From Octopus vulgaris (taxonomy: Eukaryota), in the NCBI GenBank assembly GCA_951406725.2, contig OX597815.1, forward strand, positions 85,064,001-85,128,000: DNA of 64,000 bases. The letters run 5' to 3'. The notes under the pieces were generated by a model. The model saw only the letters and a program-made list of their open reading frames with translations, ran no database searches and was not told where the DNA came from. Below, one piece after another: positions 1 through 12,960 of this stretch (its first letter is position 1; the number at the start of each line of letters is the position of its first letter). Made by a program: the position numbers and the translations under genes.

Positions 1-204
1 CTTGTGCTGGTGGCACATAAAACACACCCACTACACTCATGGAGTGGTTGGCATTAGGAACGGCATCCAGCTGTAGAAACACTGCCAAACCAAACTGGAG
101 CCTGGTGCAGCCTCCATGGCTTACCAGACCCCGGTCGAACCGTCCAACCCATGCTAGCATGGAAAGCGGACGTTAAATGATAATGATGATAATGATGATG
201 ATGA

Positions 205-207
<3 letters not shown>
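1..207 (+). mobile_element. 3' tail of an RTE-type LINE or derived SINE ending in (GAT)n
   Basis: GGTGGCAC.TAAAA...GAGTGGTTGGC.TTAGGAA...CCGTCCAACCCATGCTAGCATGG followed by (GAT)n; the same tail recurs many times and joins RTE coding sequence at 30945-32005. Confidence 0.8.
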
Positions 208-243
<36 letters not shown>

Positions 244-465
244 GAGAGAGATGATTTTTTTTACAGGTGATTACTTTACAGAGTCAATTATGTTTTGATC
301 CTTATAATCATGGTTTTGTGCATGACAGCAAGAATCAAATCAGGATTATTTCTGTAGTCACCAAAAAAAAATAGAATAACATAATCTATTTCTTGAAGTA
401 TTCAGTAGTTTCTTCCGTATTTGAAAGTTTTGTTCATCATAAATAAACACGCAAGAATGTATTTA

Positions 466-627
466 GGCACAGGCATGGCTGTGTGGTAAGAAGCTTGCTT
501 CCTAACCAGATGGTTCTGAATTCAGTCCCACTGCATGACGTCTTGGGCAAGTGTCTACTACAGCCACAGGTTGACTGAAGCCTTGTGAGTGGGTTTGGAA
601 GACAGAAACTGAAAGAAGGCCATCATC

Positions 628-696
<69 letters not shown>
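466..696 (+). mobile_element. tRNA-derived SINE (dominant family A), 5' half, followed by (CTAT)n
   Basis: GGCATGGCTGTGTGGTAAG (A box-like), TTCAGTCCC (B box-like), TTGGGCAAGTGTCT; many copies in the window. Confidence 0.8.
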
Positions 697-697
<1 letters not shown>

Positions 698-1064
698 ATA
701 TAATAAGAGTAAATAATAGCTTTAATGGTTTTTAAAAAAACCAACAATTATTTACTGGTAGATTTCGGCATGTAAATATAACCATTAACGGTAGGAACTT
801 CTATAAAAGTTCAATATATATATTGTATATAAATAAAAGAGGCAGGCAACAGGTTGCTTAGCCACATACCAAAAAAATTAGAAATAGCAGTCAAAGACTG
901 TTTATTTCTATTTTCTACAAATGAAACTCCACATACGACATACAGGGATATGTCATATGTGGAGTCTCATTTGTAGAAAATAGAAATAAACAGTCTTTGA
1001 CTGCTATTTCTAATTTTTTCGGTATGTGGCTAAGCAACCTGTTGCCTGCCACTTTTATTTATAT
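697..1064. repeat. Fold-back insertion (arms 827-942 and 949-1064), probable PLE stub with inverted end
   Basis: About 116-bp near-perfect inverted arms with a 6-nt loop, flanked by microsatellite and TA tracts. Confidence 0.75.
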
Positions 1065-1086
1065 CTATCTATCTATATATATATAT

Positions 1087-1640
1087 GGTGGCTGCCCCCT
1101 CATTATCGAGTATGGCCATTGCACAAAGCTTAATCAATGTTGTTATCGTGCAATGCCTGTGCAAGAAGATTTTTTTTTAAAGTGAGGAAAGGCTGTACAC
1201 TGAGTCAATCCCACTCACTAAGCAACAGCAGCCATAATCCGAAAAGAAGAACAAGTCAACATCATCGGTAACCACTGAGCCGCAGGTTTTATGTCGGAGT
1301 TATCCCAGTTACCTGAGTTACCTTCTCCTAGAAGGATGCCCTAACAAAGGCTAGGAGTCCTACACTCCCAATGGTTTAACCGCGCGATCGGGTATTCAGT
1401 CCAATTATTTCTATGTCCCCGCGCATGAGACAGCCTTAAGACATATATTGGATGGCCGTTGACTCTCAAGAGTTCTCCGCCCTTTGACGGGATTTGTTTT
1501 TCATCCTGCAGGGTGTCCAATAAACACCCTCCTCACCAAGCGAGCTTGGTGGGGTTGCCGGTTTAGTCGCCGACGACCCGACCATGCAACAGGTTGTACT
1601 GGGCTACATGTTACCAGTAGCACACGAAAGTGACCTGACA
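1087..1640 (-). mobile_element. Young non-autonomous RTE-derived element (5' UTR plus 3' end) in a TA tract
   Basis: CpG-rich; minus strand has GGCGACTAAACC and GGGCATCCTTCTAGGAGAAGGTAACTC, resembling RTE 5' UTR blocks; TA repeats on both sides. Confidence 0.55.
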
Positions 1641-1646
1641 TATATC

Positions 1647-1725
<79 letters not shown>

Positions 1726-1745
1726 ATATATATATATATATATAT

Positions 1746-2129
1746 CAGGCATGTGCCACCTGGGCAGGTAACATAGGCAGTGCCTACTCTGAATAAAACA
1801 GATCGATAGTAATATTTTCCTTTTATGGCAAAATACGCACGTAATTCTATAAAATTATGAAGGTTACTCTGATTACTATACTTAAAATGCAAAAAAATTT
1901 ATAGTTTTGTAGATTAGGTAGGCATAATTTGCCCCTGCCTTTCAATCTCAGTATTAAAACTATGCATAGAACTGCTGTGGCACACATGCAGTGTACATTC
2001 CTACAACGTTTTCTTTACACACTATAAAGGCAGAAGTAAATCTGCCAACAACTCAGTCGTATGCCTGTGTTTTACTACATAAACGTCACCAACTGCCTAC
2101 CCTGAGTAATTATAGATGGCACATGCCTG
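1746..2129. mobile_element. hAT-like MITE
   Basis: TIRs CAGGCATGTGCCACCT / AGATGGCACATGCCTG; ATATATAT on both sides is compatible with an 8-bp TSD. Confidence 0.8.
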
Positions 2130-2144
2130 ATATATATATATATA

Positions 2145-2184
<40 letters not shown>

Positions 2185-2186
<2 letters not shown>

Positions 2187-3553
2187 TACAAGCAAAAATT
2201 CTGGCTAATTCCTGGAGCATAAAATAATTTCAGAAATGCCTAACACAAAGCACAAAATGCAGAAACTAAATAGGCAATCACAGCTTCCAGAATCCAATTG
2301 AACCTTGTTTCACAAAAAAAAAAAAAATGTCACCAAAACTGGGTGTACAATTATCTCACACACCCTGCCACAATGCAGGGCTCAAAGTTCACATAAATAT
2401 TATAACATAGCTTAAAAGATTTTTGTACTCACCCAGATGTGACAAATTATTTTAAAACTGACAGATAAAAAGTTCTGGCGAATTCTTGGAGCATAAAATA
2501 TTTCCACAAATGCCTAACACAAAGTACAAAGTGCATAAACTAAAACAGGCAATTACCGCTACCAGAATCCAATAGAACAAAACTCTTCCATGGGGGGATG
2601 GAGGGGGGGGGGGTAAAATTATGTCTATTTACAAAGCTTTGCCAGGGTGTAGCCAATTTGTCATAGTTTCTGGGGCTAATAATTATAGTGTCCCCCACTC
2701 AACAATGGACTTCACCCTTACAGTGCAGCATGAAAACGGTTTTTCCTGTTTAATTTATTGTCAAACATCATTATAGGACCCGCGTTCGATACATGCAATC
2801 TCCACCATTTATAATTTCATAGCAGCCAAAAGTGTGTCAATAGGGTGAGTAGGGGCGCAAAAAAGTGACGATGCGTACCTTGTTGTCTCTACTCTGTAAG
2901 TAACATCATACACAGCAACTACGGTGTGGGTATGGTTAACGGACAAGCTATTGTAAGCAGTAATAGGGCTTCAAAAGCTTTGACGTGATTTTTTTACAAC
3001 GAACCACCACTATGGCCCTCGACTAAGAAAGCCTATTGCTCAACGTTACGCATTGGAACTTGCAAAAAGTATAGAACATAGGTTCTTTTGCTGTCTTTCT
3101 TCAAAGTAAAAAGTGTAATGATGTATTGACTAAACGTTCGGCAAGTGGTTTTTTTAAGGTAGCATTACATTACAAGAAAGGGTAAGCGCTTCATTTACTG
3201 GTCTAAAAAATGTGTCAAAAGGGTAGCTAGAGGTGCAAAACATGTTGGTGCATGAGCCATTTTGCTCTGTCTCCCCCCCAAATAAAACATTAACGTATAA
3301 AACAGAGCAATTAAGGAGTGAACAAAAGTTCAGCAACACATGTGCTCATAAAGTAACTTTATGTCTATGCCCACTATCATGCGTGCAGGTCACAGGAGTA
3401 ATTTCTTTGCCATGACCTAGCTCTGACCTTATAGAGTATGTCTATAAAATTTGAGGTCAATCAGACATTGAATGTGGATTTCTATAAAAAACATAAATGT
3501 CTACACATACACAGACACACACACACATATACACACACACAAACTCAATTTTA

Positions 3554-3560
<7 letters not shown>
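2185..3560 (-). mobile_element. Putative non-autonomous Helitron-like element with an internal diverged duplication (about 2194-2303 vs 2468-2578)
   Basis: Right end (CA)n-AACTCAATTTTATATATA matches the terminus of the element at 30920; left end is degenerate. Confidence 0.4.
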
Positions 3561-3594
<34 letters not shown>

Positions 3595-3730
3595 TAAATA
3601 AATAAATAAATGGAGTTGAACGAAAATGTTAACAAAATTCCTTTACTCTGACATATCGGTTCATCGAATTTTCCATGTTGACAGTAAACATAGGATAATT
3701 CATTCACCTATCGAAATATATATATATATA

Positions 3731-4345
3731 CACCCCCTTTGCTTGCGAAGACATGTTGGGGCAAGCGAAATCGAAATCGAAATCGAATTGAACCAGCCAG
3801 GATCCCTGGTCTGGTGGTACATAAAAAGCACTATCCGACTCGTGGCCGATGCCAGCACCGCCTCGACTGGCTTCCGTGCCGGTGGCACATAAAATACACC
3901 AATCCAACCATGGCCGTTGCCAGCCTCGCCTGGCACCTGTGCAGGTGGCACGCAAAAAGCACCCACTACACTCACGGAGTGGTTGGCGTTAGGAAGGGCA
4001 TCCAGCTGTAGAAACATTGCCAGATAAGACTGGAGCCTGGTGCAGCCTTCTGGCTTCCCAGATCCCCGGTCGAACCGTCCAACCCATGCTAGCATGGAGA
4101 ACGGACGTTAAACGATGATGATGATGATGATGATGATGATATACATAAAAAGCACCATCCGTTCGTGGCCGTTTGCCAGCTCTGTCTGGCACCTGTGTGG
4201 GTGGCACGTAAAAAGCACCCACTACACTCACGAAGTGGTTGGCGTTAGGAAAGGCATTCAGCCGTAGAAACACTGCCAGATTTGACTGGGCCTGATGAAG
4301 CCTTCTGGCTTCACAGACCCCAGTAGAACCGTCCAACCCATGCTG
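3731..4345 (+). mobile_element. Two tandem RTE 3'-tail copies (3731-4140 with (GAT)n; 4144-4345 truncated)
   Basis: Same tail sequence as 1-207. Confidence 0.8.
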
Positions 4346-4347
4346 AA

Positions 4348-4617
4348 CCCCTAAGTAATGGGGATGTAAACACACCAACACTGGTTGTCAAGCAGTGATG
4401 TAGTGGAAGAAAGACACAAAGACACACAGACATACATATATACATATATATATACAATGGGCTTCTTTCAGTTTCTGTCTGCCAAATCCACTCATGAGGC
4501 TTTGATTGGCCCAAGGCTATAGAAGAGGACACTTGCCCAAAGTGCCATACAGTGGGACTGAACCCAGAACCACGTGGTTAGGAAGCAAGCTTCTTACCAC
4601 ATAACCATTCCTGCACC
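4348..4617 (-). mobile_element. SINE family A
   Basis: Reverse complement of the family A consensus. Confidence 0.8.
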
Positions 4618-4661
4618 TGTATCTATCTATTTATCTATCTGTCTATCTATCTATCTATCTG

Positions 4662-4710
<49 letters not shown>

Positions 4711-4725
4711 ATATATGTATGTATG

Positions 4726-4778
<53 letters not shown>

Positions 4779-4959
4779 AGATAGATAGATAGATAGATAG
4801 ATAAATAGATAGATGGATGGATAGATGGATAGATAGGTAGATAGATAGATATATGTATTTACATATATATATATATATATATAATATATATATATATAAT
4901 ATATATATATATACATATATATATTTATATATAAACTTATAAGCACTGCGTATATCAGT

Positions 4960-5762
4960 ATTCTACAGAAAATAAAGAAATTTGTGAACAGAAGAAGGCT
5001 GTGAGACAGCTTAGAAAATCATGCAAATACCCTTTAGAAGATGGAAAAAGTATCCTGCAAGCCTCCATAGGGTATTGAGTCCTGTACCTCTCAAATTCCA
5101 GCTGAGCACTCTATACTATTAAGCTAAGAATCTAATAACAGATGCACTCTGATTTTCTAAGCTGTCCTCACAGCCTTCCTCTGTTTGTGAATTCCTTTAG
5201 AATTCCTGTAGATTGGTCTCACACTCCAGCAGCAATTACTTAGCATTATGGAATGACAGTATCCATTGTCAGGGGTCTCTTAGCTTAATGGTACAGAGTG
5301 CTCAGCTAGAATTTCAGAGGTGCCAAGTTTGATTCCCTATGGATGCTTGCTGGCCATTTTTTTTTCTGTCCTAATGACCCAGTGGTTAGAGTATCAGGCT
5401 CACAATCATGTGATAGTGAGTTCAATTCCCGGCTGTGTGTTGTGCTCTTGAGCAAGACACTATATTTCACATTGCTCCAGTTCACTCAGCTGTAGAAATG
5501 AGTTGGGATGTCACTGGTGCCAAGCTGTGTCGGCCTTTGTGTTTCCTTTGGATAACATCAGTGGCATGGACAGAAAGGTCTGGTATGCATGGGCGACTGC
5601 TGGTCTTCCATAAACAACCTTACCCAGACTTGTGCCTCAGAGGGGAACTTTCTAGGTGAAATGCCATGGTTATACATGACCAAACAGGATCATTACTCTT
5701 TTACCTGATTTTCTAAGCTGTCTTCACAAGCCTTCCTGCATTTCAGATGCCTTTATTTTCTA
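4960..5762. mobile_element. Inverted-repeat-bounded element(s) carrying tRNA-like segments in both orientations
   Basis: AAGGCTGTGAGACAGCTTAGAAAATCA (about 4995-5021) is inverted at about 5150-5178 and about 5706-5735; tRNA-like segments at about 5065-5128 (-) and 5275-5345 (+). Confidence 0.5.
5374..5700 (+). mobile_element. tRNA-derived SINE family C (Meta-domain-like core)
   Basis: CAGTGGTTAGAG...GAGTTCAATTCCC...TTGAGCAAGACAC...CCAGTTCACTCAGCTGTAGAAATGAG; second copy at 8633-8965. Confidence 0.75.
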
Positions 5763-6480
5763 TATGTCTCTATATATAAAGCATGCAGTGTGGTGAGATC
5801 TTTGCTTCCCAACCATATGATCCTGGGTTTAGTCCCACTGAATGACATATTAGGTAAGTGTTATCTGAATCAACCAAAGCCTTGTGAATGAATTTGGTAG
5901 ACGGAAACTGAAAGAAACCTGTCATATACATATATACATACGTACATATATATATAAACATAAATGACACTTAAAATTTACAATAGCTGTTCTGGTAGAA
6001 TCTCCATTAATGCATTCATAGATTACGGTGTTATATATAATCCACCTTCACAAGAGAAAATTTCACACAGGTAACATTTTAAACAGGTGAGATTGTCTTA
6101 CATGGACCTGGATAAATCCAACATTAGTTACATTAGTAGCTCATTTAAATTTAACACAAGAATATATAGGAGAATTAGAAGTGGCTTAAAACAGGCAAAT
6201 AAGAAGAAAAGAGATCAAGAGATCATAAATATATATATATGATCTAAATTCACTATCTAAATTAGTTTAAAGTTTAACACTGATGTTGAAATAATGTAAG
6301 AACCAACAGACATAATATAGCTTTGAGTTGTGATTAAAAAATCATCAAAACTTCAGCAGATATTTTCTCAGTTAAAGGAGATAAGGTAAGGGTTCTGACC
6401 AACATAAAACATTAAGCTCTCATTAACATTCATTCTAGCCTATACAGACTTATGCACAGTAGATAAAGACACATGCTTAA

Positions 6481-7275
<795 letters not shown>

Positions 7276-7277
<2 letters not shown>

Positions 7278-7575
7278 CAGGCTCTCCCAATGTTAGATGA
7301 TGTATGAGGGTTTCACAATTTCTTACCAAACAACCACACAAATGCATTGTTTATAGTGATCAAATGTTAGTGTGCATATAAGATCACTCGCTCCATCAAA
7401 TCGGCATTACCTGTGCAGGTGCAACAAGTGTCACAAGTCAGATGTTGAAATGATCGCAGAGCAATGTGAAATGAAGTGCTTGCTCAAGAACACAATGCAA
7501 TGCCTGGCCTGGAAATCGAACCATGATCTTGCAATCACGAATGCAACACCTTAACCACTAAACCATGCACTTTCA
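7276..7575 (-). mobile_element. tRNA-derived SINE
   Basis: Minus strand starts GCATGGTTTAGTGGTTAAGGTGTTG...GGTTCGATTTCC...TTGTGTTCTTGAGCAAG. Confidence 0.7.
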
Positions 7576-8632
7576 CATGCCGGTAGCACATAATGTTTAA
7601 ATTGTTATTTAGTAGATTTTCACTATCAGGTCTCCTTAAAATTTCAAATAGCTCTATGCAGCAAAGTTTGCACCCGTATCTACTGTTTAAGTATGGTTTA
7701 GTGACCCTAATGATGACCCAATTCAAATCAAATTTGATATTGTCATTCTTGAGCTTCCAAATCTTTGTGACTCGAGATGTCCTGCCAACCCTATGTCTTT
7801 ATTTAAAAAATGAATAGTGGTTGCATAAGCACCCCTTGAGATTTACAGAGCAGCCAATATATGTATTGGTGTCCATTACAATATCACATTTATAAACCAC
7901 ATTTTCTGCTACGCATCAACCAGAAAACAGACAAGATGTTTAGTCTTAACAATTGTGCCCAATATTTTCTAACACTTGAAATTTATTGTTATGGGTACAT
8001 GATCCAATGTTATTGTGTAATAGTTCGAGCTCGTGAGAGTTACTGGTGTTTGCATAGTAGCTGCTGGGGTTTATATTACTATGATCAATAGCATTATGCT
8101 TAAAATTAGTTGCCGAGTCCTGGGTCAGAGACTGTTGGTTCTGGGTGTTGACATAAGAGATTTGGCTTTCAAAAAGTGACACCAGAGCATTGAGGGTGGG
8201 TGGTATAATGTAAAGATTTCCAGCACAGGTGTTAGAGTTCTGTACATTAAGCATATCAGCAACATAAATGGGAGTAGGTGGGCTAGTGTTAACCTGCTCT
8301 CTAATATGATTCAAATGCTTGTAACTAACATCTCAGCATTTATTTAACATATACCCTGTAACTTAAGTAAGCTTATTTCACTTAAATATTATTTAAAGAT
8401 AGAAGTAATTTATACTGCCAGCATGGAGGACTCTAGCTACATCCCTGCTGTATTCTTGGGATATCCTTTTGTTTGTAAAATTACTTTTCATCTGGTGTTT
8501 ACGGTTTTTTATAATGGAGTAATGTTCTCATTCTTCTATTAAAAAGTTACATAAGAAATAGCTGTAATGAGCTGACAAGTATCCTTTGTATGTTATTATT
8601 CATTTGATACACACACACACACACACACATAT

Positions 8633-8965
8633 AGGCACATGGCTCAGTAGTTAGAGTGTTGGGCTCACAATCATGAAGTAGTGAGTTTGATTCCTGTATC
8701 AGGCTGTGTATTGTGTTCTTGAGCAAGACACTTTATTTCACATTGCTGCAGTTCACTCACCTGTAGAAATGAGTTGCGACATCACAGGTGCCAAGCTGTA
8801 TTAGCTTTTGCCTTTCCTTTGGGTAACATCGGTGGTGTGGAGAGAGGAGGATGGTATGCATGGGTGGCTGCTGGTCTTCTGTAAAAACAACTCTGCTTGG
8901 ATTTGTGCCTCGGATGGTAACTTTCTAGATGCAATCCCATGGTTATTCACGACCAAAGAGGGTTT
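8633..8965 (+). mobile_element. SINE family C
   Basis: Colinear with 5374-5700. Confidence 0.75.
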
Positions 8966-8983
8966 TTACATATATATATATAT

Positions 8984-9380
8984 TCTTTTATTCCTTTACT
9001 TGTTTCCGTCATTTGACTGCAGCCATGGTGGAGCACCGCCTTTAGTCGAGCAAATTAACCCCAGGACTTATTCTTTGTAAGCCTAGTACTTATTCTATCA
9101 GTCTCTTTTGCCAAACTGCTAACTTACGGGGACGTAAATACCCCAACATCGGTTGTCAAGTGATGTTGGGGGGACAAACACAGACACACAAACATACACA
9201 CACACACACACACACATATATATACGATGGGTTTCTTTTAGTTTCCGTCTACCAAATTCACTCACAAGGCTTTGGTCAGCCCAAGGCTATAGTAGAAGAC
9301 ACTTGCCCAAGGTGCCATGCAGTGGAACTGAACCCAGAACCATGTAGTTGGGAAGCTAGCTTCTTACCACACAGCCACTC
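8984..9380 (-). mobile_element. SINE family A, near full length
   Basis: Head, central (CA/TA)n and tail all present; similar copies at 16350-16850 (+), 19372-19785 (-), 21015-21398 (-), 38650-39068 (-). Confidence 0.85.
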
Positions 9381-9429
9381 ACACACATACAAATGTAGAC
9401 AATATAGGACAAAGGGATTAGGAAATCAT

Positions 9430-9915
9430 ACATTGATAGTTGGTAGACTAAGAAACGGTAAGTGCCAGAGGGTAGTGGCAACAATAAGTAGATGTAGATT
9501 TCCTGGTAATATTAAAGTATAAATTAGTCTTATCTTTAAATAATATTTATGTGAGATGAAAATACTTAACTAAGTTACAAAGTATAGGTTTAATAAATGA
9601 TTAGAGCTAAGAGATTAAGTAATAAATATTCGAAGCATATCAAATAATAAGTTTAATAAACCCTGTTGTCTAATATGATTCAAATACTTATACCCTAATC
9701 TCTAACCTCAAAGCATTTATTTAACCTATACTTTATAATTTAAGTAAGCTTACTACACTTAAATATTACTTAAAGATAGAAGTAATTTATACTGCCAGCA
9801 TGGAAAGTGGATGTTGAACGGTGATGATGATGATGACATTACTTAGAAATCCATACCTACTTATTGTTGGTCATTGCTCACTGGCACTTACCTTTTCCTC
9901 GTCTATCAACTTACA
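9430..9915. repeat. Diverged fold-back palindrome (MITE-like); partial copy at about 8300-8428
   Basis: AGTATAAATTAGTCTTATCTTTAAATAATATTTA vs TAAATATTACTTAAAGATAGAAGTAATTTATACT; outer GGTAAGTGCCAG vs CTGGCACTTACC. Confidence 0.65.
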
Positions 9916-10696
9916 TGTTACATGGCGTAGTTTGCCTCTCTAGTTATGTATTATTATCATAATGTTTTGCAACGTCTATGTTACTGGGATTGACTTTGCT
10001 TTTCATCCGTTTGGGGATCAATAAAATAAGTGCCAGTTGAACATTAGGGTTAATATAACTGATTTATCACTCCCTTAAAATCGCTGAACTTGTGCCAAAA
10101 CTTAAAACCAATATTTGTTCCAGCTCTTAGTGAACTAACATCAGTTTGACCACCTGGTGACAGCAATGATGGTTGATTAACCCCACTAGAGATATAAATA
10201 AGAGTGCTTGTATGCACTACAAGTCTATATAAGAGGTTCTCTCGTGGTATCTATCACAGTATTCTGTGTTCTAATACAACATCCACTTTTAAGTATAAAT
10301 ACCTTTTGGTATTTATACGGTTTCTGTTGCTTTTAATTAATTTTTAATAAGCCCACTGGCTACTTGTGACACAAGTGTCTGATTAGGCACTGAGAGTCTA
10401 TGCATATTACTAGTGGAGGAATCGCTGCTATTTCTAACTTTCAGGTATCTACCATTGACCAGGCCAAGGAAGGCCAATATCACATAAACTGGTAGTCCCA
10501 ACAGTGGTGATGGCTGTTGATTATCTCCTGCTAGTGGTATAAACAAGAGTACCTATATGCACCACAAGTTGATATGGGAGCACCTCTCATGCAAACTATT
10601 GCAGTACTTTATGTTGTAACACAACATCCACTTTTAAGTGGTGGTAAATATTACCTTTTTTGGTAGTAATACTTCCTCTGTCACTATCAAGTGTTT

Positions 10697-10766
<70 letters not shown>

Positions 10767-11419
10767 GCAGGAACAGGACAATGACGCACATTGAAGAGAC
10801 AGCATGTAGTATAGGTGAGTGAATAAGCCAACATTGGCAGGAGTCAATGCTTTACCAGCATACTAAATTAGAACATAGAAGCTCAGGTGACAACATAGAT
10901 GTTGGGATCTTATCAATGCATAAGACAGACACGACACTCAGACAGACTACGAAGTCCACACACACAATAGAAAATAGATTGATCCTCAACAAAAAATGTG
11001 AATAATAACACACTCTACTCCACAACTCTATGCAACCTGACAACTAAAAACAGAATGAGGAAAACTAAATAAGTGACATGAGTACTAACAGTGTAATATA
11101 CAAACCCTTATGTACACTTACAAATTAATAGGGGCGTAAACAAACCAATACCAGTTGTTAAACAGTGGAGTGGGAACAAATACAAACACACACACTCACA
11201 TGTATATATATATTTGACAAGTTACCATACAGTTTCCCCTAACATAATTCACTCACAAGCTATTGGTTGGTCTTGGGCTGTAGTAGAGGACATGTGCCCA
11301 AGGTGCCACGCAATGAGACTGAACCTGAACCCATGCGGTTGCAAAGCAAGCTTCTTAACACTGTGCCTATATCAATATATACATATTTGTCAAATATTAT
11401 ATAACTGATTATTAGCATA

Positions 11420-11778
11420 ACTAGCTGACCACGTGCCATCAATAATGATGGCTAATTGTAGTATTTTATAAATAAGGCTCATAATAATCCCACATACAAA
11501 CATTCACATACTTCCCTTGTACACACACACATATACTCACAGAGAGTTGAAATGCTGTTTTTTTTTTCACCCCTTCCTTCCTTATTCATCTATTACCCCT
11601 TCTTTTCTCTCATTGCTATTATTTCTCTCACTCCCTCTCAGTCACAGCTATTATTCTCACTACTTCTCCTTCACTGAATTACTATTTTCTCTCCTCCCCC
11701 GCATCCGGCCTGATTCTGGACAAATATGTATATATACAAATATATAAAAACACTACGCTCATTATTATATTAGGAGAT
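11420..11778 (-). mobile_element. Putative short non-autonomous Helitron
   Basis: Minus strand starts TC(C)TAATATAATAA and ends with a hairpin (GCCATC/GATGGC) followed by CTAG|T. Confidence 0.45.
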
Positions 11779-12194
11779 GATTATTTATTCTCACTAAGGG
11801 CAAAACCTTTAATTAAAATTTCTTGGATCACCACATCTAGTATATCAGAACCAACTTTGCTATTTGTTTTTCATACAGAAGGCAGCCTTGTCTAAAAATT
11901 TGAGTGTTATATGCAATAGCTTTCATATAGCGTTGAGGGTGTTGCTCTGATTGTTAATTTTGTTGCCTTTCAGGTAAGAGTGTCCCGACCTAAATCTTAA
12001 AAGAAAGCATAACTGACACAGATTTTGTTCTTTTATTTTTTTATTTTTTTAGTGGTTCCAGTCATTGAACAGCAGTTATGCTGAACAATGGCTTCAAGAT
12101 TTTTCTTCATCCAGCACATATTGTTGTCTGCTACTTATTTTAATGACCTCCATTTGTTGAACTTCTAAGTACTGGAACATGAACTGACACTTAT

Positions 12195-12960
12195 TTTACA
12201 ATAAATCCAAGTGATTTGCTAATGTTTTTAACTAAATTCTTAAACACTTTGGGAAGATGGCAGGAACCTACATTAATATAACTAAGTCTTTCGTTGGGCT
12301 TCCTATAGGGTTTGTAAATATTCTTATTTAAATCTAAGGATACATCTAGGAAATTGACAACTGCCAGGTTGGTATCTGTAGTTATGCTAAGATCAAATAT
12401 TTTCATCATTTGGATAATGTCTTTCCTAAACCAATCTTGTGTTGGTCCATTGGTATTTGTGGTTAAAGCTAGGGCATCATCTTTGTAAATGGCAAAATAT
12501 ACACCAGGAAAAGTCTTGCCCACTGTATCGAGTAGGAATAGTCCAATGAGATCACATATGCCTGCTCCATCATAATGAGATCACATATGACATGCTCACA
12601 TCGAAAGCCCCCTCTTTATCAGTAGTCTTGACCCACTCTACGTTCTCACTGAAGAGTAAAGTCTTTCTAGTGTGGAAGATTATGTCCTTATCTTGTGAGC
12701 ATGGGTGTAAGGCTTACACTTGTGAGTCGTTGGTGTAAGGCTTACACTTGGCTAAGATCTTCCAATGAATGTCATAGTTGACACCTTTTTCTTTTAAGGA
12801 CCATAAATAACTGGATAATTTGTTGTTTTTTTTTCTTTTTTCCCAGTGACTGAATCTCAAGGTGTGATTGTTGAACCTGGCTTTGAAATTCTCCTCATAT
12901 TTCTTTGATGAAACTATGTCCTTAGTGGTTGTAGAGTCTATGATGCAGTCTTTGTGATAT
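12195..12960 (-). pseudogene. Penelope-like element fragments: GIY-YIG C-terminal part (about 12960-12725) followed by RT (about 12695-12200)
   Basis: FKARFNNHTLRF..KLSSYLWSLKEKGVNYDIHWKILAKCKPY; IIFHTRKTLLF..WVK..FDVSM..DGAGICDLIGLFLL..IYKDDAL..NFLDVSLDL..YKPYRKPN..YINVGSCH. Confidence 0.85.

Noticed and set aside
750-800. Hammerhead remnants here and at about 3645, 5985-6055, 22605, 32330-32480 and 40838-40895
   Set aside because: Only half-cores or mutated CUGANGA boxes; consistent with decayed PLE stubs but not callable
5275-5345. Functional tRNA genes here and in SINE heads
   Set aside because: Cloverleafs are broken and embedded in repeats
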